Source: Setoptus koraiensis (Eukaryota > Animalia > Arthropoda). Taken from it: 64,000 nt of DNA. The translations under genes were made by a program, and so were the position numbers. The stretch spans positions 17,236,001 to 17,300,000 of the forward strand of contig CM106586.1 of the NCBI GenBank assembly GCA_048013815.1. The letters run 5' to 3'. Positions 36,601 to 51,190 of the stretch are shown in pieces. Each line of letters opens with the position of its first letter. Position 1 is the stretch's first letter. The notes beneath the pieces are model-generated. The model searched no databases and was not told where the DNA came from. It saw only the letters and a list, made by a program, of their open reading frames with translations.

Positions 36601-39600
36601 TGTGTGAGTACGAAAGCGCAAACGCGTATTATCATTGTGTGCACTATAACTGACATTAATCCATGATGCCAATGAATGATACTAGTCCATGAAATAGTTA
36701 GCTCGGGCACATTCATAATGAGAAATCAGCAAGATTAATGAGAGTAATGTGAATGATTAAACGATTCATGATTACGTTATAATTATCATTGCGCAAAATT
36801 TTGTCGCTGTTGGTTGCTTCTAGTCTGTCCGGAGTAAATAAGTGTGGCCACACACATCTTCCTTGTGTGGAAATGGCTGAAATAAGATTGTGTTAATGTA
36901 GTGGTCTCTCAATGTTTTGAATTCAATTCTTCTATGGTAGATAGTCTGTTATGGCCACAGTTTATGAACTTTGTTCCTTAGTACCAGTGGATTGTCCAAA
37001 GTCCGCCCGCTATCAGAATATTTTGATATTCTATTATATTTATTATAGACGAATGCTCTAAATAGAGTATATCTAGACTGAGTTATTTATACTGTTGCCA
37101 CCAGTTTGAATTTTCCGAACTGATAATGGTCATTTACTTGACAGACATGATAATTTAGTATGCGATGGGGTGTCATAATCCGGTTAGATCATAGTTCGCA
37201 GACCAGCAAGATTGGTGTTGTTTGTGTTAAATACAGTTATGAAATTGTTGTTGTTGCCTATACTCAACTACACTTATATTGCTTGAATCAATCGATTGGC
37301 AAGGAGCATTCTGCTAATGGTGCTTTGATGTTAATCGTAACTCTTCATTATCAGTCTAGCTTAAATATGCCATTCCGATAGAGGCAGATAGGAACACAGT
37401 GTCGCGAGTGACACTATAAAGACATACTGGAAATAGATATACCATATCTTGTTATTCCCAGAGTGAGGTTGGGCAGTATCATGCTCTCCCTCTCTCTTAG
37501 TGACACTGTCATCCATAATAACATAATCACTTATCAATTACAAACTGGGCCGTATCACGATGGCTGTTTATCATTTCTTTGTATGCCAGTTCCACTTTCT
37601 CTACTTCCCCTTACGCCTTTTATCGTCATAAATCTTATCCCGATATCTTTGCTCGTTGTGTGTGCCCTGTACCCGTTACTCGGACACTGCAACTTGCAGT
37701 GTGCACGTATGGCAGTGGCAGTACCGATGAAGTCTCTAGCAAGCTCGCCGGGGACAGCACAAATGAATGAGCAAAGGTTCCCTTCTTCAATCAGTAAATA
37801 TTATATTGTGTATTGGTCGTTCGTTACGTCGTCTCCATGCAGGGTCCAATCAGTGGCGCGCCAGCATTGTTGTTGGGTGTTGGCTATTGGCTGTTGCATT
37901 TGATGCTGGCGATGGTTAATATGCAAATTAGTTGCCTTCCTGACTTTCGGCTGGCGTTTAGTGTCTGAACGGCCAGCATGGAACAGAAAAACAAAGAGTG
38001 AGTTTTTGTGTGCGTTCAAGTTAGTTAGATTGCACGTCTGGGGCATCATGAACAAAATGAGCTGGCCCCCGGATTGCTCATTGGGGAACCGAGTCCCACT
38101 GACACTTTGTATGCGAGGCGTTGGTTCTCTGGCTCATCTCGCGTCCGCTGATGTGTACAAGTTTGGCACAGCCACGCACTGAGGGCCTTGCCAAGCTATC
38201 GGGTCCTGGAATGAATTTGGATTTTGCCTCGCAAGAGAAGTTGGCCGCTGAAACACAACGCTGCACTGTTTGAGCAAACTTTTTTGCGTGGCACACTCGC
38301 TAATGTTGTTGCCATGTTGCCAAGTCGCCATGTTGCCGTGTTGCCATGTCGCCGTGTTGCCGTTGCCGTGTCAAGGCTTACAAGTTTTACAGTTGATAAT
38401 GGTTAGCCCGCTGATGATGATGATGGTAATTGACGATGATACAAAATGATTTGAGAATGGAACGGTGCATGATGCCGGCGTCGAAATGATCATCGTCAAT
38501 CACACTAGAATAACTATGAATAATTAATGGTGATTAATAAGCGTGAACTGCCGTGCGTAGCCGTCCATCATCGATTTATTTTGCCGAGTCTTGAGCGTTT
38601 ATTTTACGTTGTAAAAATTCGCCCATCGACCTCTGGCAATGGGGCCGATCGGGCCGGCAGGAACTGGCACACACAAAGATATACAGACACACAGACGCAC
38701 AGACCGATGCACGGCGAGCGTGGTTGTTTTCAGTTGTTCAGTAGTGCAACGGCAACGGAGGAGGCCCTGTTACAGAGTATATCCGCGAGGACATGTTACA
38801 ACGATAATCGAATGATTTATGGCCAGCGCCAACGCAGTGGCACGCGCTACCTTCCCGTATGTGTGAGTGTGTGTGTGTGTGTGTTGGCACATGATTGAAA
38901 CGAGCGAACTTTTTAACCAGTGCACTCACACAGCCGCGCACACGCGTACACAGTTTACACGAATTCCACCCCTACAGACTCTGTAGTGCAGACTCTGTAG
39001 TGCAGACTCTGTAGTGCAGACTCTGGAGTACAGAGTGGTGCACAGGATGCAAATCGACGATGTAATGAACTGTAGTTGGGTTCACAGAGTGGGGGCATCA
39101 AGAGACCGCCGCCATCTTGACGACATTCAGACTGTAGATTGTAGAGCCAGAGCGCGCGCACACTGGAGAGAAAAGTTCTATTCGAGTCACAGCGCACACA
39201 CTGCTGCATACACATTGTATAAACGCACGCCCGCTAACTAGCTCAACTTTTTCTGTTTTGTTCTCGCCCCCCGTCCGATTGGATCGCCCCGTTTGTTGTT
39301 TGTCGCAACACTCTCTTTCGTAACGCGCATGCATGCGTTATAGATCCAACACAAATGGCACGAACAAATGTGATAGCGCCACGGCCGCATCCAGAGCAGC
39401 CAATAAACACGCCAGCGTCGCAGAGGAACGTTTCAATTTGCAACAACAACATGGTGATAATGACAACAACAGTGATGGAAAAAATCTGCAGGATTCCAAC
39501 GCGCTAACAAGAGGCCCAGAGCAACAACTATCGAACAAGCAACAACAATATTCGGCGCCGTTCGCAGCCAACCAACAACAGCGCCAACCAATGGTGGATA

Positions 39601-42600
39601 ATGTTGCAGATGATGCAGCACACAAAAATATCCTCTACAATTCTCGTCACCACAAGAAATCTCGCAATTCTATTGCGTCAGATTGCTCAGAATCCTCTAG
39701 GCAGCATCGCGACGATCGCGATGCCAACATCAAGTTGGACCACAAGACCAAAACGAATCATCATGAGCAGCTATTAAGCATGACAACGCCGACTAATCAT
39801 AATGATATGATGACCGCCCCATCACTGGACAACACCAAACACCATATCCATCAATGGCAATCGACTATATCTGCTAGCACTGTTGGCAACACCACCAATA
39901 GTCTTCTCTACAACGAACACGATAACAGCAATCATGCACTTGTGAATAGATTGCAAACAGCTATTGCGCAACAACCAATTACACCTAATGCCACCGCAAG
40001 AAACGGCCAACAGCAGTCGGCCACCAACAGGAGAACGCTTGCAACTTTTCAGCGAACCAGACATATTAGCGATGATCATTGCCTCAATCAACAGCAACAA
40101 CAACAACAACAAAACAATTCTTTATTCTTGGTGGAAAACTCAAACAGAACAACAGTTCCTACTAACAGTAATGTCATGATGAATCTTAATTCGAACCGAC
40201 AGCAATGTTACAATTTTAACGCTGCAATCATGGATGATCACGAAGATCATCTATATCAAGATATTCAGGAAAGCGACAATCAAATCAACAACAATAACAC
40301 TGTGCCCAATCATTATCAGAGCCCCCTATATACTGCACCATCTTTTGCCCCTCATTACGCGTTGAATAGTGAAACCATCAATCATCAACAAAATTTGAAA
40401 GCTAAACTATCACAAAACCCCTGGCTCATGTCGGCCTCTAATCATCACCAGCAACAGCAGTTAACACCCAGTTACAATCATCAGCCCCTCATCCCGTGCC
40501 CGGGCACTAATCCTGATGCTGTCACCACATTGATTACACCGGCCCATCTTGAGCATCATACAACAACGCGAACACCAAATGCAAGTCATGACGGGCATGT
40601 ACTATCAATTAATCATAATAGCACACTCATTAGTGATAATCATGCAAAACATGTACCTTTTCAATTTCAGCCCATTGCAAATTTATCGTCACATAATATG
40701 CTGAATCAACCGATTGGTTTAAGTAGTCAAATGTTGCATACATTTAACCATTCTTCGTTGGTGGCTGATAAAGCTTTGCTGAATCAGCATCACAATCAGA
40801 AAAGACATCATGAGACCTCCACAGGTAGGAAACTCTTCAAGAGTATCTTAGGCCAGAGTGTCTCGGTGAACCAAAGCCAGCCTCAACTCAACTCAAACGG
40901 AACTACATCCGCTTCTTCGCCTTCCACCTCTAGTTGTTATGGTGACTCTACAACTAGCGCCAACCATTTCACTCAACATCTTTCTCATAACCATAATAAC
41001 AAGATCATACTCATGTCCAATTCAAGAGGCTCATTCGATGCTATCCCAAAACAACGATCATTCATTAGTGATCAGAATCTAGGCTATTATCACAAAGTTA
41101 CACCAACAAAATTTAGGGGTTCCTCGGCTTTCAGATTTTTTCTGAATCCCAAATGCGGGGCAGCTAGTGAGAATAGACTCTGTTTTTATCTGATATTGCT
41201 GCTCATGATAGTTTTTGTTTGGCTCGGTATCGTTATCACAAAATACGGTGAGTATTAGAATTAGTTTTTTTGTATTCAAGAATATGATTACTTTAGAAGT
41301 TATTTTTTCTAATAGAATATACAATAAATTGTTCCAACAGATCTTTGGCCTCGCCGTCAGACAGAAAGATTAGAAAAAGGTCCCAACAGTGCTACCAAAT
41401 TCGACTATACGTCCATAGATTCCTATGATAATGCTACAATTTTGTTTGAAGGGACATTCAACTTGAGGCCGCATGGATCATACATGATAACTTATCCAAA
41501 TCGAGAAGTAACAGTTCCATCTTCACCATGCCGCATAAAATTGGATCCCCAACTTATAGATTCCAACACTCAGTTCGGTGATTTAAGGAACTCGAGCTCC
41601 CCTTTGGTAAACTTTTTATTCATGGCCATGATAAACAAACCACCAACCCTGTCAGATAATATTATAATGTTTTCAGCAACAACAGACTTGAATGATAGAA
41701 TGCAATACCAAATATTCAAATGGCCGAAAACTCCTTCCAGTGACGAGTTGATGCCGATAGATAATAACCAGCAATTGCCGTCCATGGCATGCCTTCAGCC
41801 CGGCAATTGGTGGTTCTATGCTCTGAATAATAATGATAAAGTTGGAATCAAAATCAAACTTAGAATTCTATATCAAGATCGACTGCCGACATCCTCTAAT
41901 CCACCAAATGGTAAGTAATTTGCATTTCTATAAAAATCTGGTTCGCCATGATTGTTCTACCGAAGCATGTCTATAACTTGTAACGTTGACAGGGTTCATT
42001 CTTGAAACGAGCTTCCCCAATTTGTCTCTGAATACTCTTTGATAGTACTAAATAGCCATCATTTGTTTGTTTAAGCAACTATGCCTATGGCAAATGAACC
42101 GAAAGAAGAGTAGACCTTGATTCACATCAAGCAATTCATAGTCAACTCTCATGGATAGGAGGTTTACTTGGTTTAGGTATTGGGTCTATTGTAATCTTTC
42201 GGCGCCAAGCACCTCTCTGATGCTGGTCTACGTCAGATTTGAGGCCTTTGTTTATTTACTGCCTTCGTTAATGATGCTAATGATTGCGTAATTGTGTATG
42301 CACTAGTTAATTCGGACACGCTTTCGTTGATGATTCATCCTGTATTACGCGTGGAATAAACAAGCTGTCTAACAAAATGAGAAACAAGCAGATTTGTTGG
42401 CTCGTATGTGAAGTGAGAGCGTTGTCGCGTGTGTTGTGTTTACAACTAGCTACAGCACCAAGAACAACTTGCTAATTAAAGTGGACAAGGCAAGTTGTGC
42501 TATTGTTCGTGAAGGATAGTCAGTTAATATTGGTCTCGTTACATTTAGGGCTTGTTAAGGAAATGGAAATTTCACAGTCACATCTTATCTACTAAGAATG

Positions 42601-43472
42601 AGCATCGCCTCATCAGTATATGGTGGACATAAGCGAATGGACCATGAGGAATCGTGCCACTCAGAGCATAATTTTGATCGGTATTGCATCAAATCGAACT
42701 AGAAATCTAGAAATTTCAGGGACTGTCATAAGTGATAATGAATAGGCGAAAATGTGAGGCGAATGGGGAGGTTCGGATGATTCTATCTATCTTCAGAGTA
42801 ACTTGTCGGATATAACACACGAAATCGACATCTGTAATGTGTCCATAAAATTCGTTTTCTTTCTGGTGCAAATAGTAGTCCATACAGCTAGCCCTACTCG
42901 GTTGGCTGGACACACTAATAAAAGGAAGTGCTTACTAGCTTCAGCACTACAGTGACCAAGGTGCGACCATGGCACATATCCTTGAGATTTGGCATTTCTA
43001 CAGAAATCAACAATAATCTATCTTAACAAGCTAGCTAACACTTGACATGCATCCATACAGTTGGACGTCTATGTGAGTGATGGCTTAGATGAAGATGTAT
43101 GGCTTCCATTGACTGATCCATATCCGTTTTTACCAAAGAAAACTTGGACATATACTATCATCATTTTGAGGGCTGCAACACTCTCTCAGCTGATCTATTG
43201 TAAGCATACAATTCATTTGGTTGGTGCTAAAAGAGCTTTCAATGTATTAGCTACATAGTCACAAGATTTGTGATTCAACTAATGGCATTCTGTATACATT
43301 CTGTATGTGATGATCTAGAAATGTGGTAGTCGAACAATGTAAACGTCAAAGAAAAAGAGACATAGGCAAGATGGAACGGAACAGAGTGTATGGCTAAAAA
43401 ATGTACAGAGAGGACATCCGATAGTGGCAGAGACAATTCTGGCTCGCAGAAGAGTCAATCATGTAGTCTCTG

Positions 43473-43514
<42 letters not shown>

Positions 43515-46500
43515 GTTTCTCCGCGACCAAAGATAGATGATATAATAACCAATAGTGTGTTGGTTATATACTAATACCATCTAGATTATCAAGCATTATC
43601 TCCATTTCCAGATAGGATGAAATGAGTTATATCAAGAGATTGAATGCAGCATTACTATCATAGTTTTGCTGCTCTTTCTTCCTCTGTGAGCAGCACCAAC
43701 AGACACTGGAGGCTAGCGGAGGGCTTTGTTCGCCATAGAATAAATCAAATTATTTTCAGTACACACACAATATCCATGTTGTACTCTCAAGAACCATCAA
43801 CATCATTGGTTCAGATCCTCTGGCTCTGGTCCATGTGTTGTGTAGTTAAAGAAGAAGGCCATTCTATCTCTGTCCTCCTCTCCCGCAGTATATCGCGAGT
43901 TGCTGCCAAGTGCGATAACAACTGCAACATAGTAGTGTGAAGATAAATAATAATAGGGCGAAAGAGCCAGAGTGATGATAATTCTATTTGTCATGCACTA
44001 CCATTGGCTGGTTGCAGTCCATGTCAATAACTGTTTTGCCATTGGCCATCGTATACAGTTGGCCCAAGTTGTAGGGACGTGACTTGTCATATATCGTTGC
44101 GATCGTGGGCGCCTGTGGCGTGCCAAGCCTGTTTCTCTTTCTTGTTGTTGGTGTTTTTTCCTCGTTGCCGATTGCCGTCTACCACTACTACAGCCGCCGA
44201 TATTCTGTTCTGATCCTTTGTAAATAAGTTGTCAGATTGCAAATAGTGAATAGACAGCAGCGAAATGGTTGCATTGTCCAACAGTGTTGCTCCTTATTAG
44301 ATTCGATTGCTCGAAGCGGCAAACGCGCCCACTACTTGTGTGGTGGCCCGAATAACTCCCCGGTCTCTGCGGATATGATTATTTCTTGCAAATAAGCGGG
44401 GAAGAAGAAGAAGAAAATTTCAAGTTTAGCACAACAAATATCCAGACACAGTACAGTGTTGTCTTTGATCAACAGCAAACCAAACGCTGCTCTCTATGTG
44501 ATAATCAATAATCATTAACTGGATTGGGAGAGCTAGAGGCCAAACAAGCGCCGCTAATAAAATGTGTCCACTCATCTTTTGTTGTGCGCCTATAGTAGCA
44601 ATCAGTAATAGCTGCAGCAGCAGCCGAAGCAATAATGATAACAATGGCAATAATGATAATCAACATTATTGGAGCAAATTATTATTATTGCCCAATAGTC
44701 ACTGGCTATATGTGGGTGCTTGCCCAGTCGCTCGTACACCTCGTAATTGGTATTTATTGTTCATGGTATCGGACAGTTGGCACCAACGCCGCTAGTATTG
44801 TTGTCATTGTCAGATATCATACAAATTCATCGTTGCTTCGCTCACAAATCATATAAATAAATGCAATAACATGAGCTAACCACGCATTGTTGGCTCATGG
44901 ATATGTGGACGCAGCAGAGAGTAATTTATTTAATTACAGGCGATTATCCAGTTGGCGCAACTGCGGCAAGTAGGTGACACGCAGTCGTCGGACATGTCCG
45001 CTGCACGCTTGCTGTGCAATTCAGCTTAAGACTACTAAAGACTCATCGTCCAACAGACAGTTTGGTAGAAATGAACTAATTTCAGCCTATACACGGACAT
45101 GATGTAATAATACTCTGGCATGGTCATAATGAATATCCGTTAGACGGGCGAGAAATCATTCAAGAATGACGGCGTACACATGTGTCCAGATCAATGTGAT
45201 GGCTCCAAACTAATTCCTATTCCATGTTCTTAGGCGTGTTGGCTGAATTGAGATGGTCTGTCTGACAGCACAGTGACGCACTTCGGCCCCAAAGACGACA
45301 CGCATAGTGGACCACCTAATAATGATTGGGGATTACCACTGAGACACAACCGTTTATACGGCTTCTCTCGTGTCATAGAACTCATAACAGATAGTTGAAT
45401 TGCCAGTTGACGAGATTCGCCATAATGAGAGGGACCTATGACCGTCGGACTATCGACTGTTTGAATCTTTCACTGTCGCTCCTAGCATAGATTATATATT
45501 CATGAATCAATTATTGGCCAAATCGTAAATCAAACTTCAACACGACATGTATTTGCACGCAAACACACATGTGGCAGTGAGGTCTATATCGCCAATAGCA
45601 GCAACACCAGCATCCAACAATCGTACGCCAAAGAGACTAGCCTCTAATGAATTTATTGGCCTACAAACATTGCCTATTCGATGGTATGTAGTAAACTGCG
45701 ACTAATAGTTGGAGCCGAATGATGCCATCATTATGATGGGCAACGTTCGAACAAACAGCATTTGGCGCATTCATTGCATCATTTCTACTCTACTTCAAAT
45801 CGTTGGTGACATTTCATTACATGTCATAATGTGATTGTGTTGTTACGATGGTTATTGTGTGATAGATTGGACAGTTGCTCTACCAGAGAGAGTATATGGT
45901 GAAAACCATAGTTGCCTGCTCCTAGAACCAACGAACGATATAAATGACCGAGGCACAATTACAGCAACAGCGAATGCGACGACAAATAGAACGTGATGAT
46001 TGGAGGTTTGGCGCTTATAGTTTGCTCCAACGCAATAGAGATATTCCTGAAAGAGGCTCACCAGTGACAGCTTATTTGTCTTCGGCAGCATGTTTAGTTT
46101 CATTCTGGGTGCAAGCCTGTATAGGGGGACGTTCAATACTGTCGAAACTGGAGAATTTTCCACTGTAGTTCGCTGTTAAATAAAAAACGTGCGCTAATTC
46201 AAAGGGACAGAGGAGAGTGAAAATTGAATTCTTAGCAACTTGTCTGGGGTACTTATTTATTCAAGATTTGCGTGAGGGCTAAGTTGGGCGCTAGACATCC
46301 TATATTCACCTCTTATATATCGGCCATCTTAATAGACAAATACAAATAACAATAAATGACAGCCACATGTACTTACAGCATTTTATGAGTGTTTGTCTCT
46401 TGTCGCGCATTTTCCTCGTGGCCCTGTCGCGATATTTATCTAGCCCCGGGCGTGTTCAAAAGCGACTGCATAACAAGATTGATTTATTCAGGTTTCTTGC

Positions 46501-49500
46501 TTGTTGGCAGAGCTAAAGGCCTTAATAAAAGTGACAAATCTATCAAGCTGGGCTGGATATTCTTCGTTTTTTTGGTTTAAACAAATTTAGATTCTATCTG
46601 ATGGCCGGGATAGAGTTTATTTGTTTAAATCTAGCCAGTTCTATTGGGAGTAGATCCGGAGAATTGTTCTTCGGCAGCATAATTTATGACGCGCGAATTC
46701 CTCACTGCTCCCAAATTTGGCGCTAAATCCACATAAAACTTGTGCACTATTCTGACATAATTGTCGATCTAGACGACTTGCTAAATCTTTTACATCAACA
46801 ACGATACCACAAACAAAAAGACACTACATCACTGATCTTATAATTCAAAAATTTCTCCTTCATAACATGTTATCTGAAAACAGGCGTTAATTTTCCGACT
46901 AGTCAAGATAATAATGATTCGGTTATTAACATTGGATCCAGTGTTTGCTCAAGCGAAATGTGCCAGCATGGCGAATGTTCGGCAAGTCCTCAAAGCAGCA
47001 GTAACAGTAGTTGCAATTGTCATGAAGGATGGACCGGAATTATCTGTGATGAAAAGGTGGCCTCAACAACGCCGGCGCAAGTGCAGATTCAGGAATCCAG
47101 AGAGGAGCTGAGGCGCAAAAATCAAGAGAAATGGGCTCAAGAGTGTGATAGCAACTGCGAGGAACACGGTGTTTGTATCAACGGCACTTGTTATTGTTTG
47201 TTTGGCTGGACGGGACCCTATTGCAAAACAAGTAAGTATAGACTTTTCTAGGGCAACTCGGCAGATCAACTGAAAATGGATCTCATAAAAACAATACAAG
47301 CGTTTAACTTCGTTTTCTTTATCCATACTCACCCACACAAACACGCAGAATCATGTCCGAACGATTGCTCCTACAATGGCCATTGTGTTGAAAAGGCATC
47401 AACGAGCAACACCGACAGCATCGGTTATTCGTTCGTGAAGAAACAACTCGAACTTAATCAACTTCCCGGCGATAGTACTGCACTCAAAAAGATATTCCTA
47501 GTTAAGAATGTCACTAAGTTAAACGATAAACTTGAATATAGGTACCAATATAATCCGAACGGTCAGCAGTGGCTCCAGTCAAAATCGGACGAGTTTAAAC
47601 ATCCGCAAAGAATATCTCAAAATCTCAAAGATCTAGCTAACAATCTCAATAGTCCGGTTGTATTAACTTTGTTTGACAATCGAAACAAATGGACTTGTTC
47701 GTGCCATCCTGGTTACTCTGGTGAAGATTGCTCTAAATTGAAAGAAACAGACTGCTCTGATGGCAAAGATAATGACTCAGATGGATTGGCGGATTGCTAT
47801 GATTCCGAATGTTGTGCTGCCGCTGTCTGCAAAGAGCACATGTCATGCTTACCTTCGCCGGATCCAGTTGAAATATTAAATTCCTCAAATAAAAATCAAT
47901 TGTGGCTACCAGATGGTGCAAGCAAGGGCACCTCGAGGAATTTCGATTTATCAAATGCAACAATACACGACAATCTGCTGGAAGCGAGACTCGATGGACC
48001 TCAAACCTATTCTTTCTACGAAAAGGTTAAATTTTTAATCAAAGAAAACTCTGTTCAGCAGTACGCCATAGAGAAATCGTTCGACAAAAAGTAAGAACCT
48101 TTTCAGAATGAAATTCTTTGATCCGTGTTCGGGTGAAGAACCCCAACATAATTGATGCTCTGTTTTCAGCTTAAACAAACACACCAATATATAATCTCTA
48201 TTACACGTCTTTACCCAATATCTAGGCATGTGGCTGTCATTCGAGGTCGAGTGGTGTGGCAAGGCGAAAGTGAACGAACCGAAAAAGTAGGAATGTCGTC
48301 TACCGGTGGCAAAGCATTGATTGCAGTTAGAGTGGGCGTTGAAGGTAGTCCAGACCTTGGATTCACTTTGACACGCCATGATGGTTGGTTCGATTTACTT
48401 GTCAACGGTGGAAACTATGTAACTCTTCATCTAATGAAAGATCCCTACATGTCAATGAGAAGAAATATATATATCAAAACAAATTCCATCAACGTTATTC
48501 CCCCGATCATCATGGTGATGCCAAAATCGCCCAACGACCATCAGAGTCTTAGTAGTATAACTGGTGATAGGTTTGTGTGGCCTTATGACGCTCATGGAGC
48601 CATCCTGAAATATAGCTCCGAACTTTATAGTTCTGTCAGAGAATTCACTTCAAACCATTGTTTTCCAGGATTCAATCTGCCGGAAATTCGACCAAGAATT
48701 ATTTATGAGGACAAAGGATTGAGTGAAGTTGACCACATGGCAAAAGATTTCAATTATATGGATGCTCAGAAGATTTCTACCTCTGAGGCTTTGATCAACA
48801 ATGATCTGAGGAATTGGCATTCAGGAATTTACAGAGAATCTCGCGAAATTGGCGACACCAAAATTAATTTAACATATCTGTCCTCTCAATCAGCTCCGTT
48901 TTTCAGACCAGTGATCAAGATCGATTTGTTTGGCTCTATCTCGAATTCAGATTTAAAACAGGCATTAGAGGCGTTGAGATCTGTTGTCATAAAAATTGTT
49001 ATAGAAGGTATCGTCATTGAAGAAAGACTTGACCCGAAGCCCGATCTCGCATATTTATTCGCCTGGAATAGAAGAAACATCTATAATCAAAAAGTTTACG
49101 GTCTAGCTATGGCATACATTAGTGTAGGCTATGAATATAAGATTTCTGAGACCATAAAAGGTTGTGAATTGCTGACAGACTCCGCCAAATCTTTTATCCA
49201 TTGGTCAACAATAACAAGTAAGCTGAGGGGTTTCGATATAGATTATGGTTCATCAATAGGACATAGGAATATCGGTGTGCAGCACCGATACAACATAAGA
49301 GATAACATACTTCAATTTAGCGATGGTGATTATATTCCTTTCGGAGAATTATATCCACCCATGGTTTCAGCATACTATCAACCTTCAGCAGCTAAAAACA
49401 ACTCGTCGTCTAGATTCTCCAGTCTTGCGTTGGGCCCAAACGCAACAATTTTCTCCATCGACTCTAACAGACTTATACAACTTGATTCATACGGACAAGA

Positions 49501-51190
49501 GATCTTAGCATTATCTTTGCCTAAATTCTACAGATCAAAAAGCGCGACCGTGCCGGAACACTATCATTTGGTATATAGTCATTATGACAATTCCATCTAT
49601 CTTTCCGCCAGCTTGAGAAGACTGATTTATAAAATACCATGCGACTCCCTCAAGACAAATCATCTATCCTTCGAGAATGAAGAAAGAATATTAGATACCT
49701 TTGAAAAGTTTGCAGGTGGAGGATTGATCGAATATCAGAATGAGGATTCTATATATTGGCAGAACTCGGTTGTACCGGCATCAAAAGTTTCGCTCGTAGG
49801 ACCTAAGAGCATGACTATCGCCTCGAATGGTGTAATATTCTTTGTTGATGGTTCACATATTTGCTCTATAGATTTAACAACAAGGGCAATCAACATAGAG
49901 ATAAAAGGTAGGATACGTCCCAGAAATGATAAATTGACGTCACACACTAGCGATCGTTGGCAACTTAATACAGACCAGTGGAAAGTTGAGGGACCAGGTG
50001 ATATCGAAAGATCAAGCATGCCCAAAGAGACGGGCCAATCCAAGATGAAATTTGATGTGGAGCTCTCCTTGCCGGATAATGTGGTGTGGAATTCATTCGA
50101 CAAATCGCTCTATTTCATCGACTTCAACTCGATATTTCGATTGACACAAAATCATCATGTCCAGGCACTGATCATTGGATCTCAACCCGATCAGAGTCGA
50201 GAGGACGATATCCATGTGCCGTCACTAAGATTGGGTTTAATTCAAGCTATCGCGGTGGATGAGCGAGGCAATCTCATGTTCGTATCAAACGATTTGAAGA
50301 ACCGAGAGGCAAAGAACAGTCTTATGAAAATAGGTTTAGACACTTTGAGTAAGACATCAGATGCAATTAACTACCAGGACTATAATAATTGGTTCAAATT
50401 AGTTGAATTGTCTAATTATCTTTCAAACACCAGATCTATGCAAGGAAACTCTTGGAAAAAATCCCTGATGAAATCCATTGAAACTAAGTTTTATTCATCT
50501 GATGATAACAAAGAGGAAAACATTGTGTTCAAAAATTTTGACACCGTAGCCTCACTGTTGATCGACAATGAAGGAATTATATACCTGGGAGATAAGTTCC
50601 AGAATATTTTGTATCGCATCCATCCATTCCTACCACCAACATATTCTCCTGATCAGTCCCAGAATACTCAAGAACCAGACTCTATAGCCTCATACAATAT
50701 TTACGTACCCAAAAAAGATGAATATTACGAGTTTGATATGCGTGAAGGCTATCATCTCTCAACTCGATCTGGCCAAACTTATCAAGTTTTGAATACATTC
50801 TACTACAAAACATTCGACATCCAGGTTCAGGCAACCAGTAGCCCAGACTATCAAGTAGGGTTGAGGCGATTGAAATCTGTGAAGACACATCCCTATCTAT
50901 TGAGTTTTGAGGGTAAATTATTACATTCTGCAACGGAAGTAGAATCTTATCAAGTGTCTACGATTCTAGCCAATCATCATTTGGCTGGTAACATCCTATT
51001 AGACGAACAAGGTTATATGGTTTCATTTGAAGAGCCTAAATTCAATCATTTGGCCTCATTTGATTACGACAATGATACTAAAATACTAGTCAGTAGATCA
51101 GAAAGGGGCCTACGAACCAATATGGTTGATGCCTTCGAATTGAAGTTTGACCTTTTCAACCATTTAGTCAGCATTACAAACCTCCGATGA
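25697..51190 (+). CDS. TENM: Teneurin (Ten-m/Ten-a/Odz family), six coding exons, predicted 2,828 aa, C-terminally truncated
   Basis: Proposed join 25697-27654, 39344-41247, 41341-41910, 46884-47231, 47349-48090, 48226-51190. All introns are GT-AG, all junctions are phase-compatible, and the total (8,487 nt) is divisible by 3. Type II TM helix, EGF repeats, [40 protein letters not shown] and [15 protein letters not shown] are diagnostic teneurin motifs. Ten-m vs Ten-a not resolved. Confidence 0.85.
39344..41247 (+). CDS. TENM: Teneurin exon 2: intracellular region and transmembrane helix
   Basis: N/Q/H-rich ORF ending [23 protein letters not shown]; donor g|gtgagt at 41248. Confidence 0.8.
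41341..41910 (+). CDS. TENM: Teneurin exon 3: juxtamembrane Ig-like region
   Basis: Acceptor ccaacag|at, donor g|gtaagt; [14 protein letters not shown] resembles the teneurin PGxWFxAxYND motif. Confidence 0.8.
43478..43511. repeat. (AT)n microsatellite
   Basis: About 17 AT units. Confidence 0.95.
46884..47231 (+). CDS. TENM: Teneurin exon 4: two EGF-like repeats
   Basis: Acceptor aaacag|gc, donor a|gtaagt; [11 protein letters not shown]...[12 protein letters not shown] and [27 protein letters not shown]. Confidence 0.9.
47349..48090 (+). CDS. TENM: Teneurin exon 5: third EGF repeat (with long insertion) and Cys-rich region
   Basis: Acceptor cacgcag|aa, donor aa|gtaaga; [12 protein letters not shown]...[48 protein letters not shown]. 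Confidence 0.9.
48226..51190 (+). CDS. TENM: Teneurin exon 6: TTR/carboxypeptidase-like, FN-plug, NHL propeller and start of the YD shell; stop codon
   Basis: Acceptor tatctag|g; [43 protein letters not shown]. Ends [17 protein letters not shown]; AATAAA at 51394 and 51399. Confidence 0.9.

Noticed and set aside
27655-39343. Nested genes in the 11.7-kb teneurin intron
   Set aside because: Only short, low-complexity ORFs; no tRNA or miRNA recognised by eye (a covariance-model scan was not possible).
43901-43940. CDNNCN peptide in teneurin intron 3, possible missing EGF exon
   Set aside because: Followed by a stop with none of the remaining EGF cysteines or the GxC pattern.
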